Positions 25,013 through 35,418 of a DNA stretch of 64,000 bases are shown here, in pieces (position 1 is the stretch's first letter; each line of letters opens with the position of its first letter). The stretch is from an uncultured virus (IMG/VR IMGVR_UViG_3300005663_000039) (lineage: Duplodnaviria; Heunggongvirae; Uroviricota; Caudoviricetes). The notes beneath the pieces are model-generated. The model saw only the letters and a program-made list of their open reading frames with translations, was not told the origin of the DNA and did no database searches. The DNA lies in IMG/VR virus record IMGVR_UViG_3300005663_000039; one strand, given 5' to 3'. The position numbers and the translations under genes are program-made.

Positions 25013-27336
25013 GAGTCCCTGCTGAGGGACCGAAGAACGCTAAGATTATGGTCTTAGGTGAGAGCCCAGGAAACAACGAGTGGAAGCGAGGGAAGCCTTT
25101 TATAGGCGAGTCTGGCGATCTTATCAATGATGTATTCCAAGCAGGAGGCGTGCCCAGGTCTGATATCTACATAACCAATGTAATCAAAGACCATCTCCCT
25201 CCTTGGGGAGACAAGAAGCGCGGCTTCTTCTTCCAGGCAGGACATCCCACCAAAGCCTATCTCGACGGCATCATTGGAGTCATGCAGGAGATCAGAGACG
25301 TTCAACCGAACGTAGTCATGCCGCTCGGCAACTATGCTCTATGGGCCATGATGCAGTATGAGAACATCTCCAGGTGGCGTGGCTCTATCCTCGAGTCTAA
25401 GACAGTTGAGGGTCAGAAGGTTATCCCCTCTCTCCATCCTGCGTTCTTCATCAACGCCAGAAACATGTGGCATAGAGTAGCCCTTCTCGAATGGGACTTT
25501 CAACGGGTAGTTCGAGAGTCCGCCTTCCCCGAGATCAGACTGCCTACCCCTACTATCCTGGTAGACCCTACCCCTCAAGAGATTGAGGACGCCGTCGAGC
25601 AGTTCACTCACTGCGACACTCTTATGATCGACACTGAGTGGTACAACCCTAACAGTCTCGCTTACATCGGTTTCGCAGACAGCAAGGACTATGCAGTCGT
25701 TATCCCAAATACCTCGATGGCAGCGCTACGCGCTTACAGAGCTATCCTCGGCTCTGATATACCGAAGGACTCCCAGAATGGATGGGCCTTTGACATCCCT
25801 GCACTGTCTCGACAGGGGATAGAAGTAGTAAACCCTGGGGATGATCTAATGGTAGCATGGGCTAGCTGTTGGGCTAGTCTTAGGGCAAAGGGACTAGACA
25901 CAATCTGCTCTATTCTCACTGATCAACCATACTACAAGGACGAGTTGGAGTTTGTAGGGGTGGACGAGAAGAAAGGGCAGTACTACTGTGGAACAGACTG
26001 TGTAGTTCAGTTCGAAGCACTAGACAGAGTACATAAAGAAGAGTTCCCAATCACGAACGGGAATGTAGGCTATGCGATAAGTAAGTCAGCAGCTCCTTTC
26101 TTCATTGAAGCAACGAAGACGGGAATACTTATTGACAATGAGCAGCGTATCAAGCTCAAAGATATACATCTCGAGAAAGCAGACGAACTCGAGGATGCAC
26201 TATCTCAAACACTTGGCTATACCATCAACTGCCGATCATCCAAGCAAGTTATAGCTCTAGTGCATGACCAGCTTCTCCCTGCCTACGGAATCAAAAGGAC
26301 TAAGCGCACGTCGAGGCAAGAGTACTTAATGGACATCGCTGGGTCTACCAATGTTGAAGCAGTGCAGTTGATCCTAGGTTCGATCATTCGGGTCAGACAG
26401 AACCGGAACATAGTCTCGAGGTATCTTCATGATGGAGTTGTCGACGCTGACGGCAGAGCCCGTACGAATTGGAATCTTGCAGGAACGAGATCAGGTAGAT
26501 TTTCTAGTACGATACCCTGGTGGCCGGGCTTGCCGTTTCAGACTGTTCCAGAAGACGCTCGAGAAATCTTCATCGCAGACCCTGGCCACGTGTTTATTGG
26601 CTTTGATTATAGACAGGCCGAGGCAGTCGTAGTAGCAGTCCTCACGTACAACCACGATCTGCTCGATGACCTCGCAGCGGGAGTAGATATTCACACTCGT
26701 CTGGCTGCTGACTTAGGAATATTCAACCTGACGGAAGAGGAGCTGCTTGCAAAGATCGTGAAGCTAGCAGCGGAAGGGAAAGGGAAAGACGACTGTCGCG
26801 AAAGGTTCCTCTCGAAGAAGTCCCGTCACGCTTTTAATTACGTGGAAGGTCCAGATACTTTTGCGCTGAGTATCAACAGAGGGTGGGTTGATACGAAGAT
26901 TGGAATCTCACGGACTGAGGCTCGGACCATCAGAAGAAAGTACCTCGAACTGAATCCTGGGCTAGAGATCTGGTGGAAGCAAGTTAAGAAAGCTCTATAT
27001 GACCGAAAGTATATTGACAACTCTTTCGGCCGCAGACGATACATTCTAGGCCGGCTGACAGATGATCTACATCGAGAGATGGTATCATACGAGCCGCAAA
27101 GTACGGTTGGAGATCTATGTACTCAGAGCATAGTCAAAGTCTGTCGCGCTCTGCCCTATGCTCAAGTCTTACTACACATGCATGATGGAGGAATGTTCCA
27201 AGTTCCTGAGGAGAAGAAGGATGAGGCATATGAGGTCATGATGCATGAGGTTGTCTGGCCTATTCGTGTAGGGAAGGAAGAAGTAACAGTCAAGGCCGAT
27301 GGTAAGATGGGTTACTCTTGGGGAGAGATGCACTGA
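25009..27336 (+). CDS. polA: Family A DNA polymerase with N-terminal uracil-DNA-glycosylase-like (family 4) domain and 3'-5' exonuclease
   Basis: UDG: GESPG, PFIGESG, YITNVIK, SLHPAF. Exonuclease: IDTE, QN..AFD, YCGTD. Polymerase: TRSGRFSS, DYRQAE (A), RFLSKKSRHAFNY (B), HMHDG (C). Confidence 0.93.
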   Translation: MRVPAEGPKNAKIMVLGESPGNNEWKRGKPFIGESGDLINDVFQAGGVPRSDIYITNVIKDHLPPWGDKKRGFFFQAGHPTKAYLDGIIGVMQEIRDVQPNVVMPLGNYALWAMMQYENISRWRGSILESKTVEGQKVIPSLHPAFFINARNMWHRVALLEWDFQRVVRESAFPEIRLPTPTILVDPTPQEIEDAVEQFTHCDTLMIDTEWYNPNSLAYIGFADSKDYAVVIPNTSMAALRAYRAILGSDIPKDSQNGWAFDIPALSRQGIEVVNPGDDLMVAWASCWASLRAKGLDTICSILTDQPYYKDELEFVGVDEKKGQYYCGTDCVVQFEALDRVHKEEFPITNGNVGYAISKSAAPFFIEATKTGILIDNEQRIKLKDIHLEKADELEDALSQTLGYTINCRSSKQVIALVHDQLLPAYGIKRTKRTSRQEYLMDIAGSTNVEAVQLILGSIIRVRQNRNIVSRYLHDGVVDADGRARTNWNLAGTRSGRFSSTIPWWPGLPFQTVPEDAREIFIADPGHVFIGFDYRQAEAVVVAVLTYNHDLLDDLAAGVDIHTRLAADLGIFNLTEEELLAKIVKLAAEGKGKDDCRERFLSKKSRHAFNYVEGPDTFALSINRGWVDTKIGISRTEARTIRRKYLELNPGLEIWWKQVKKALYDRKYIDNSFGRRRYILGRLTDDLHREMVSYEPQSTVGDLCTQSIVKVCRALPYAQVLLHMHDGGMFQVPEEKKDEAYEVMMHEVVWPIRVGKEEVTVKADGKMGYSWGEMH

Positions 27337-27366
27337 GGGATTTCTACACTCGATAGGAGAGAGATC

Positions 27367-27543
27367 ATGTACAAGAAGAAGTACTTCGAGTCGAAGATGA
27401 GAGAGCCTTACATGGGAGGAACCATTAGGGTAAGAGTCGAGCTGAAGATCTTTGAGAGTGGAGAAGTAGAAGTGTGGCTTGTAAACCCTGAGGGTATTCG
27501 TTACTTAACCCGGGAGACCACCGAACAGGTGTTCAACGAATGA
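27367..27543 (+). CDS. Small hypothetical protein (58 aa)
   Basis: AGGAG RBS; MYKKKYFESKMREPYMGGTIRVRVELK...; stop lies inside the palindromic motif. Confidence 0.55.
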   Translation: MYKKKYFESKMREPYMGGTIRVRVELKIFESGEVEVWLVNPEGIRYLTRETTEQVFNE

Positions 27544-27546
27544 ACA
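27530..27546. promoter_or_regulatory. Palindromic site TGTTCA-N5-TGAACA (first of 9 copies in segment B)
   Basis: Perfect copies at 27530, 38092, 44743, 53769, 59707, 61139; one-mismatch copies at 31966, 50769, 56443. Confidence 0.8.
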
Positions 27547-27552
27547 ACTGCT

Positions 27553-28812
27553 ATGGTTGTATTTAAGGACGGTAGGGTACAACAAGAGGAACCTGAAAAG
27601 CCTAAGAAGAAAACAGAGCGGGTGTTGGACAACTGGCTGATGAAGTATGGTGAGTACACTATCGAGTCAGAAAGCCCTGAACAGTTCCATCTCTGGACCG
27701 GTCTCTCAATTCTAGGCTCTGCAGTCAGACGTAACGTCTGGTTGAACCAAGGTACCCATATCCTCTACCCCAACATGTACGTCATCCTCATCGGTCCGCC
27801 CGGACGGGTGAGGAAGTCTACATCAATTCGGCTAGGCCGACACCTTCTCCTAGGCCTCGATGGTATCCACTTCGGATCAGACTCCTGCACAAGAGAAGAC
27901 CTGATCAAGTCGCTGGGCAAGATCAGTGTAATGGCCAAGCAAGCGGCGATGACTATTCACTCGACTGAGCTCTCCAGTCTGATAGAGCCGAGTGGAATCA
28001 AGATGATCCAGTTCTTGACTGACATCTTCGACGGAGATATCAAGTGGCAATACAGCACAAAGCACCAAGGGAAGGATCTCATCGAGAATCCAGTCCTCAA
28101 CATTCTAGCGGCTACCACCCCGACATGGATCGCAGACGGTTTACCTGCAGACATAGTAGGTCACGGGTTCATTTCTCGTGTACTTTTTGTCTACGGTGCG
28201 GACAGACGATTCCTGAAACCGTTCCCTGGTCAGTTGGATGCAGAGTTGGCCAAGAACCTCCGCGCAGATCTCGACCATATCAGCCGGATTGAAGGTACCT
28301 TTCAATGGGGAGAAGGGTCAAAAGACACGTACAAGGCGATCTACGAAGAGATAGATAGAACCAAGCCGAAGGACTATCGGGTCGAAGGATTCCACAACAG
28401 AAAGGATATCTACACCCTAAAAGTGGCGATGCTCCTGTCGATAGCACGCAGTGATGATCTGGTTATGTATCCAGGGGATATAACCACTGCGTACGCTGCG
28501 CTATCTGCCATCGAGGAATCCATGCACAAGACGTTCTCCGCTGTCGGGAAGTATGATCACGCAGCTGACACAGAACGCTTGCTCGAAGCTATCATGGAGA
28601 GTGGAGAGTTAACCTCTGAGGAGATCCACCGACGCTTCTCCGCTGCTGGAGACGTGGATCAGATAGGGAAGATGATCCAGATGCTCATCTCTCAAGGCGT
28701 GATTATGAGAGAAGTGAAGAAAGGAGCCCCTACGGTCTTCCGAGTAGTTCGTCAATCGAAGGGAGGTTCTGAACCCGTGGCTCGGGAACCTGAGGAATCG
28801 CCTTCGGATTGA
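27553..28812 (+). CDS. DUF3987-like P-loop replication protein (primase/helicase-associated)
   Basis: ESPEQFHLW, YPNMYVILIGPPGRVRKST (Walker A), NILAATTPTW, GFISRVLFV; downstream of polA. Confidence 0.8.
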   Translation: MVVFKDGRVQQEEPEKPKKKTERVLDNWLMKYGEYTIESESPEQFHLWTGLSILGSAVRRNVWLNQGTHILYPNMYVILIGPPGRVRKSTSIRLGRHLLLGLDGIHFGSDSCTREDLIKSLGKISVMAKQAAMTIHSTELSSLIEPSGIKMIQFLTDIFDGDIKWQYSTKHQGKDLIENPVLNILAATTPTWIADGLPADIVGHGFISRVLFVYGADRRFLKPFPGQLDAELAKNLRADLDHISRIEGTFQWGEGSKDTYKAIYEEIDRTKPKDYRVEGFHNRKDIYTLKVAMLLSIARSDDLVMYPGDITTAYAALSAIEESMHKTFSAVGKYDHAADTERLLEAIMESGELTSEEIHRRFSAAGDVDQIGKMIQMLISQGVIMREVKKGAPTVFRVVRQSKGGSEPVAREPEESPSD

Positions 28813-31800
28813 TCACGAAGTCGTAAGCGAAGTTCCCCTGGTCTACTGGTCTCCCAAGACCAAGAAGAAGAGCCGCTTGCCGAGGATCACTCTCATCCAT
28901 AGCACGAGAGAACTCAGAGTAGAACACCTGGCCGGGAAGAGCTAGGCTTCCAATATCCTTTGCCATCCGCTTGAGCGCTGCGGCTCTTCGATCTAGAGGA
29001 GAGTCGACGATGTTCTTCATGTCAACAAGGATGTCCGTGAACGGGCCACCACCAAACTCCAACGAGGCCGGCGCTACCCAGCTCCACATGTTAATCCCAC
29101 TCTGAGCAGTCATATTGGCAAAGGCGCCGGTGAGAGCCAGAGTCCGAGCCCAGAACTGGCCTAACTGTTTCGCAGTTGCGTGACTCGTTCTCCTCGCATA
29201 CAGCTCAAAGGCCCAGAGAGGCCACTGCCCAAAGACACCAAACAACCGGCCGAACGGACGTTGCATCCAGCTAGGGCTCGCTGCCGCTCCATAGATAAAG
29301 TGACCTTCATCTGCCGCCTGCTTCCCTATCCACTGAAGAGCAGCCTCTCGACCGAACCTGTCAAACCGTGCTCGGAAGTCCTTCTTGATCGTCTGCGAGA
29401 AGAAAGGAAGTCCATCCTCCAGGAACTTATCCCAGTCAATGCGTCCTGCATTGAAGTCGGTTAGCTTTTCAGTGGTATGCATCTTCTGCCAGTGATAAGC
29501 CCACGCTCTATTCACTTGTTCACTAGACCCATACGGTATAAGGGACTTCTGAGACAAGTTACGGGATACCCGCCCAAGCCTAACTAGGTGCCTCAAGGCT
29601 GAGGCCATTGCGTTGCTAGCCGGGCCGGTTCCTGTTATTGGCTCTCCTGCCCAAAACGCCTCGTAAATTGCGTCTCCTTGAGGCACAGATACCCGGGCAG
29701 GGCGGATAGCCTGAGCCCCCATCGCTTCATCGAACCCAGTCTGGGTCAAAGCTCTGCGGAGAGACTCAGTACCGTGCTTCCCTCCTACTCGAGTATACTG
29801 AGTCCACATGTTCTGAATAGCGTTACGATTCGTGAGAGAGAGTCGAACTCCAATCGCTGCGCCGTACTGAGCTGAGAGATAAGTAGAGTGAAGCTCGTCG
29901 AATAGCTTGGCATCAGTCTCCATACCAAGCATCTTAAACATTCTCATCGTAAAGCGACGAGCGGTAGCGAAACCAGGGCTAATGTCACCAGTTATATTAA
30001 CGAGATACTCCTGTCCGACGGATCGAATCTCTTCAGGTAGAACGAAGCTATCCTTAGTAGTCCCCGACATGGCGCGGCGAAGGATCTGGGTCTGGTTAGC
30101 CTGAGGCAGATCCCGAATCCTCATATCCAGCATGTTTCGGAACTCGGCCTCAAGAGGTACTACCTCTCGATGTTTGAGCAGCGCCTGGAAGTACCTGTGC
30201 ATCACAATCTCAGGATCCAGTTCAATGCGGGCCATCTCTCCAGTGCGGGACTGCAAGGCCCAGAACATTTCGGCTTCTTTCAGCGCAGAGGGATCGTTTG
30301 AGAGTAGACGTGCGATGTTCACGTCTCCGCCAGCCTCGAACGCGGGCCTGATCCGAGAGTAGTACGTTGAGATGTAACGGCTCTCTGGGAGGCCTAACAT
30401 CTGAGCGCCGAGATCGAAGATCACCCGACTCTGAGTGAAGGCTCTAATCTGTTTACTGCTCAGCCCTGCTGCCTTAGCCGCTCGGGTAAGTCCAGTTCCG
30501 GTCAACTGTGTACCCTCGATCTCAGTCCAGAATTCAGCTACTGCAATTCTATCTTCTCGAGAGACTCCCTTCCATGCAGCCTCGATCCTACGCCCGATCG
30601 GCTCGAGCGCGGCCTCCATCTTAATCATCGCTTCATCCATCAAAGCGAAGCCCTTAGAGAAGAGAGGCATACCGGTCAGGTCCTCAACTGACCTGAAGTA
30701 GTCTCTTCGATTCTGAGAGAACCCAAAAGGCTGATCACGGAGGAACTCTCTAGACGCAATGTTACCTTCGAGCGTGAAGATTCCATCTGACCCTGGGAAC
30801 CCTCCAGTTAAGGCCGGCATCCCGTGAGGGCCAGGAGAGAGGAATAGACCGAAGGGGTCCTTCTCAGAGCGTACCACGTTATCCACGAAGTCCGACGCGA
30901 ACTTCTCGCTTCCGAACTCGAGCCTAGCTCCAGTGTTAATATCTCGAAGGGCCACTCTCTCAGCAGGCAGAGCATCCGTGTGGAAGCCTTTCACCGCAGC
31001 ACGCTGAGTAAGGTTCAACCCTCTCTCGTCGATCAGAGCGTTCGTCTCTTCTCGAATAGCCCGGAAGATCGCCATGTCCTCCTCTGGAACGAGTGCCCAA
31101 ATGTCGTCCCGGAACCGCTGAGCGAAGTTCTGACGGAACGCTTCGATATCAGTAGCACCTGGGTCGAAGCCTCGTTCAGCTACCCACGACTCGAAGGCAT
31201 CGTCCAGCTTGCGGATAGGAGTAGGCTCGAGTAGATCACCTGCAATCTTGCCCTCCTGAGTAAACCCTCGGACAAACTGCTCAGCCGTCCCTGCTCCAGT
31301 CTGCCCCAACTCCTCAGGATGAGTGATCGCTCCTCCGATGTCGAACGTGCGTCGAGCATCATCGGTAAGATCGAGGGTCCCTTCACGAATACCTCGGATA
31401 ATCTCCTCTTCTGGAATAGACCCTGAAACCCCAGAAGCCTGACCCATCCTCCCAAAAGTAAACTCGCGAAAGTCTTCGTACATCGCTTGACCGGCAGTCG
31501 GAAGAACAATCTCCTCATTCGCGTAAGGAAGGTTCGAGACTCCTTTATCCTTAATCGTCGTGGTCTTTCCATCAGCGTTGATAACCGTGATTCGATCACC
31601 CTTTGCTGGTCTGACATAGCGGTAAGTCACTCCACTCTTCTCAAGGATCTGACCAGCAAACCTTCCTTCTCGAGCGAGCTGAGCCCGCTGGTTGTTGTTC
31701 AGCCCTCTCATCCCAAAGTGAAGATCGAAGGTCCTACGCTTGCCGACATCTCGAGCAATGACGTCGAACTTGAGACCAGGAAACCCTTCCTGGATCTTCG

Positions 31801-32818
31801 GCAGGTTATTCATCACCTCAGTGAAGTTACTTCCAATGTCAAGAATGAACCCTCGACTCTGCCCTGCCTCAGCAGCATTACGAACCCCAGCAACTGCGCT
31901 CATCTCAAATTCCATACTTGATAAGAGAGCTTGAGCCTCAGGGCTGTTAGCTAAAAATCCCTCCTCGTTCATCAATTGAACAAGTGGGAGCCACTCCTCT
32001 TCACCGATGATCACCTGCTCACCGTTCTGAATTCGACGAAGAGTACCATCCAAGCTCTCGTCTCCAGCATGAGCACGGAGTCTGGAGAATCTCATCCCGG
32101 TCAGACCAAAGATGAGACCGTTTATCAGCAGTCCACCTACTCCGAAGATCACAGATTCACGTAGAGCATTAACCGCTCGGTCTCCAAGCTCTTCACCAGG
32201 AGTAAGTAAAGCACCGAAGATCCCCCCGGCCACTGTATCAAGCTTAAAGTTACGGGCGAGACCAGTGACTGACCCTTGAATACCAGTAGCGAGACGAGCC
32301 GCTTTGAGTGCCGCGACGACCGGAACCGTGTAGCCTACCATCTCGCCAAACAAGTGAGAGTCGGCAACAGCCTCAGGAGTCAAGCCTGCCTCGAGAGCAG
32401 CGCGTTCAGAGCTGGAGACCAGTCCTTCATTGAGCCGTTCAAGGAAGTCAGCTGCCTTGTCTGTAGGTAGATCTCGAGAAGTGAATATGCCTGGAATCTC
32501 AGCCAGACTTTGTACACCTCGAATGGTAGGGGAGAGAAACGCTGTAGCAACAGCTCGATTCTGGGCCATACCGGCGCGAACTGTCTCTCCAAAGGTAGGA
32601 TCCTCAATGGACAACTCAGGATCGGTAAAGATATTCCCAAGGAACCCCGCGATGCCTGCACCAACACCGGCTGATGGCTCAGGCCGAGACGGTACCTGAT
32701 TCGCCATGAACTCTTGAATAGCTCTCTCAGCAGGATTGAACTCCGCTGCAAGAGTATTCACTCGCTCGTCGAGAATCTGGAGAATTGCAGCCTCAGCAGG
32801 ATTCACCCCGTTACTCAT
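28730..32818 (-). CDS. Large internal virion (ejection) protein
   Basis: 1362 aa, helical, last gene of the podovirus late operon; C-terminal FGVFGQWP pattern typical of such proteins. Confidence 0.7.
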   Translation of the reverse strand: MSNGVNPAEAAILQILDERVNTLAAEFNPAERAIQEFMANQVPSRPEPSAGVGAGIAGFLGNIFTDPELSIEDPTFGETVRAGMAQNRAVATAFLSPTIRGVQSLAEIPGIFTSRDLPTDKAADFLERLNEGLVSSSERAALEAGLTPEAVADSHLFGEMVGYTVPVVAALKAARLATGIQGSVTGLARNFKLDTVAGGIFGALLTPGEELGDRAVNALRESVIFGVGGLLINGLIFGLTGMRFSRLRAHAGDESLDGTLRRIQNGEQVIIGEEEWLPLVQLMNEEGFLANSPEAQALLSSMEFEMSAVAGVRNAAEAGQSRGFILDIGSNFTEVMNNLPKIQEGFPGLKFDVIARDVGKRRTFDLHFGMRGLNNNQRAQLAREGRFAGQILEKSGVTYRYVRPAKGDRITVINADGKTTTIKDKGVSNLPYANEEIVLPTAGQAMYEDFREFTFGRMGQASGVSGSIPEEEIIRGIREGTLDLTDDARRTFDIGGAITHPEELGQTGAGTAEQFVRGFTQEGKIAGDLLEPTPIRKLDDAFESWVAERGFDPGATDIEAFRQNFAQRFRDDIWALVPEEDMAIFRAIREETNALIDERGLNLTQRAAVKGFHTDALPAERVALRDINTGARLEFGSEKFASDFVDNVVRSEKDPFGLFLSPGPHGMPALTGGFPGSDGIFTLEGNIASREFLRDQPFGFSQNRRDYFRSVEDLTGMPLFSKGFALMDEAMIKMEAALEPIGRRIEAAWKGVSREDRIAVAEFWTEIEGTQLTGTGLTRAAKAAGLSSKQIRAFTQSRVIFDLGAQMLGLPESRYISTYYSRIRPAFEAGGDVNIARLLSNDPSALKEAEMFWALQSRTGEMARIELDPEIVMHRYFQALLKHREVVPLEAEFRNMLDMRIRDLPQANQTQILRRAMSGTTKDSFVLPEEIRSVGQEYLVNITGDISPGFATARRFTMRMFKMLGMETDAKLFDELHSTYLSAQYGAAIGVRLSLTNRNAIQNMWTQYTRVGGKHGTESLRRALTQTGFDEAMGAQAIRPARVSVPQGDAIYEAFWAGEPITGTGPASNAMASALRHLVRLGRVSRNLSQKSLIPYGSSEQVNRAWAYHWQKMHTTEKLTDFNAGRIDWDKFLEDGLPFFSQTIKKDFRARFDRFGREAALQWIGKQAADEGHFIYGAAASPSWMQRPFGRLFGVFGQWPLWAFELYARRTSHATAKQLGQFWARTLALTGAFANMTAQSGINMWSWVAPASLEFGGGPFTDILVDMKNIVDSPLDRRAAALKRMAKDIGSLALPGQVFYSEFSRAMDESDPRQAALLLGLGRPVDQGNFAYDFVINPKAIPQVPEPRVQNLPSIDELLGRP

Positions 32819-34266
32819 CTGATCCCTTGCCCCATCCTTCGAGTGATCCTCGCTCGGGTGCTATCAATGACAGTCTGAAGATTCCGTCGAGCAATCTCAC
32901 CGTTGGTGGTCTCTAGAGTCTGCAAGAGACGGTTCAAGCGCATGGCGTCGGCTTTCAATGAGTTCGGCAAGGTCTCAGGGTCAATACCTTCTTCTGGAAT
33001 CTTAATCACTCCGATAGCTGGCTCTTCTGGGACTGTAGTAGCCTCAACCTCAACAACAACATCCTCCCCTACTGTAGCGATCAGATCCGCACGGCTCATA
33101 CTGCCACTAGCCAGAACTTCTGCTGCCGCTCGTAGCCTAATATCTCGAGGCACATTAGCTGCACTAAACGCTGGCTCTACAGGAGCGTTAGGCAAGGCCT
33201 GAGTCCCGCCTTCCACTCCTGGAATAGTGAACTCAATGCTACCGAAGAATGGATCACGGAAGACACCAAACTGTGTCGGGTCGAGTGCCTCCGTAATGCT
33301 AGGCAGTACCTTCTCCGCAGCCTCAGGCCCAAGAATGTCCCGAACGACCTGGCCTAAAACAAGGAAGTTGCGCATCGCAGGAGGTAGCTGATTCATCACC
33401 ACGTTCTCACCAACTCCAATAGACCCGATCATGAACTCCATAGCGAGTTTCTCGCCTTGGCTTACTCCTGGGTCATTCAAGAACGCAGCAATCCCTGCTG
33501 AGTCACCTGACTCCACCGCCTGATTATAGATCCGAAAGATCCGCCCTTGCAAGGCGGGAGTGCTAACACTCTGACCTGCAGCAGTCACAGCCTTCTGGAT
33601 CTCCTCGATGAGCCCACTCATCCCTTCTTCGTCCTTTAGATCCAACTCAAAACTGAATCGCTCTCGGGCGAGAAGAAACTGAGCGTAGATATTCGCAGCT
33701 ATGGGGCTGTCGAAGCTTATCTCCCCAGGCACTCCAGGTATCCTGAGACTAACAGGCTCACGGCCAAGCGCCCGGGTAGTGAACTCCCTCATCATATCAG
33801 GGCTCTTCAAGATATCCTCGAGCGCCTGAGTTTGCATCTGAGCATTGAGATTTCGAAGACCCTCAACGCTCTCACTCTCTTCTATCCCCAACTGAGCACG
33901 GATAGAAGGAAGAAGCAAGCTCTGGCCTTCTTCGGTCTCGACCAACTCTCGTCCCCGAGCGTCGATTATAGTCGCCAACGTCTGAGGATTCAACTCCAGA
34001 TCGCCTAAGTCACCTGCAGCGATCCCGAAAGCATCCTCGAAGAGTCGTCCACCACTCTCTCCAATGTCCGCTAGTCTCGAACCTGGAGGAAGGAATTTCG
34101 CCAAGGTAGTGAACTGGTTGACCGCAGCGATCTGCTCGTCGATGTCGAGACGCCTGGTCTGCAAAGCCCTGCCTCTCTTAGCCTCCAGAGCCTGAAAGAT
34201 AAGTTCGGCTGCTCGAGTAATCCCCCCTCCAGACGCACTCGGGATATTTCTTCCGCCGGTACCCAT
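32815..34266 (-). CDS. Internal virion (ejection) protein
   Basis: 483 aa; position in the ejection gene trio. Confidence 0.6.
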   Translation of the reverse strand: MGTGGRNIPSASGGGITRAAELIFQALEAKRGRALQTRRLDIDEQIAAVNQFTTLAKFLPPGSRLADIGESGGRLFEDAFGIAAGDLGDLELNPQTLATIIDARGRELVETEEGQSLLLPSIRAQLGIEESESVEGLRNLNAQMQTQALEDILKSPDMMREFTTRALGREPVSLRIPGVPGEISFDSPIAANIYAQFLLARERFSFELDLKDEEGMSGLIEEIQKAVTAAGQSVSTPALQGRIFRIYNQAVESGDSAGIAAFLNDPGVSQGEKLAMEFMIGSIGVGENVVMNQLPPAMRNFLVLGQVVRDILGPEAAEKVLPSITEALDPTQFGVFRDPFFGSIEFTIPGVEGGTQALPNAPVEPAFSAANVPRDIRLRAAAEVLASGSMSRADLIATVGEDVVVEVEATTVPEEPAIGVIKIPEEGIDPETLPNSLKADAMRLNRLLQTLETTNGEIARRNLQTVIDSTRARITRRMGQGIR

Positions 34267-34844
34267 TAGCCTGTCGCTCCTGGACCACCAACCGTGGCAG
34301 CCGCAGCAGCACCAGCCGCTCCAATGAGATCAGCCAGAATGCCTTCCTGAAAGTTAGGTCCACCGGGAGCGAAGAAGTCAAGCGTCTGACCTCGGCCTTG
34401 AAGAAGTGCGTTGAGAAGAAGACCGATCAATTGAGTCTGCTGCCCTCCGGCCTCAAGGACGCTCTGCTCACGCGACCGAGCAAACTGCCCAGCCAGCTCT
34501 CCTCTCGTCTGAGTCTCAGCCTCTAACAAGTTCTCGCTGAACCGTCCGCCCAGTCGACCAAAACCTCCACGTACACCTGCTACTGCCTCCTCGGTCTGTC
34601 TCTCCTCGAAAGGCTCAAGGGCTGCGAATAGTCCTCTCAATCGGTCTGTCGGATCAGCAAGAAGTCTCCTCGACGCAGCCTCTACTCCAGTCATGCTTGG
34701 GTCAAACCCAAGCGCTCCTGTCGTAGCTCCGCGTTGGAGCCGTCCTCCACTCGGACTGAGAAGGTCTGTCGCTAGCTGCCCAGTCCCTTCTCTCGTCTCG
34801 ATAGGAGTCCCAGAAACCTCACCTCCAAATAGAACGTCGCTCAT
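34266..34844 (-). CDS. Internal virion (ejection/pilot) protein
   Basis: Start MSDVLFGG with GGAGG RBS; Gly/Ala-rich with hydrophobic C-terminus. Confidence 0.6.
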   Translation of the reverse strand: MSDVLFGGEVSGTPIETREGTGQLATDLLSPSGGRLQRGATTGALGFDPSMTGVEAASRRLLADPTDRLRGLFAALEPFEERQTEEAVAGVRGGFGRLGGRFSENLLEAETQTRGELAGQFARSREQSVLEAGGQQTQLIGLLLNALLQGRGQTLDFFAPGGPNFQEGILADLIGAAGAAAAATVGGPGATG

Positions 34845-34845
34845 A

Positions 34846-35418
34846 CTAGGCCTCCTGCAGTTTATCTTGAAGTTCACTTCTCAAGATTCCATACATCTCC
34901 AAATCCACCCAAGTCTCTCTATGAATAGATCCTTCCCGTCTTGTGCCTTCATGATAGAACCCTAACCGCTCGATCATCCTCAGAAGCCCCTTGCTGAGCC
35001 CCGTCGCCTCTACAGAGAGTCGATGAAGACGGAACTCGTCCATCCACATTCTCATCATCTCAAGGAAGAGAGGCTCCTTTCCTCTTGCACGGCCGTTCCA
35101 CAGCGTGAAGTGCGCAAGCGCGTCGAAGTCTACTAGGACCCTAGTAAGCATCATGGACCCTAAAGGAGCTTCCTCGTCCATGCTATATATCTCAGCGACA
35201 ATAGCGTTTGGGGCAAGGAGGATATCCAAGAATGGCTCCACTCGTCCTCGAGTATAATCCGAGAAGAGAGTATCATGCTTGCTGTACTCAATCCACAGCT
35301 CTTGAACTTTCTGCGGCGTGAGATAAGGATCAGTCTTACCAAACTTCTGGAGCAGCCGAATAGAGTACTCCTTTCTCCCGCCTTCCTCGTCCAAGCCCAT
35401 CCGGAGAAACTCAGTCAT
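34846..35418 (-). CDS. GNAT-family acetyltransferase-like virion assembly protein
   Basis: LHRLSV, IERLGFYHEGTRRE...WVDLEMYGILRSE (RimJ/RimL-like); position between nozzle and ejection genes. Confidence 0.8.
   Translation of the reverse strand: MTEFLRMGLDEEGGRKEYSIRLLQKFGKTDPYLTPQKVQELWIEYSKHDTLFSDYTRGRVEPFLDILLAPNAIVAEIYSMDEEAPLGSMMLTRVLVDFDALAHFTLWNGRARGKEPLFLEMMRMWMDEFRLHRLSVEATGLSKGLLRMIERLGFYHEGTRREGSIHRETWVDLEMYGILRSELQDKLQEA

Noticed and set aside
27530..27546. Palindrome as parS, a known LexA box or SmtB/ArsR box
   Set aside because: parS is TGTTTCACGTGAAACA; LexA boxes I know use other spacing or orientation; SmtB boxes have the half-sites reversed. A host-factor origin is not fully excluded.
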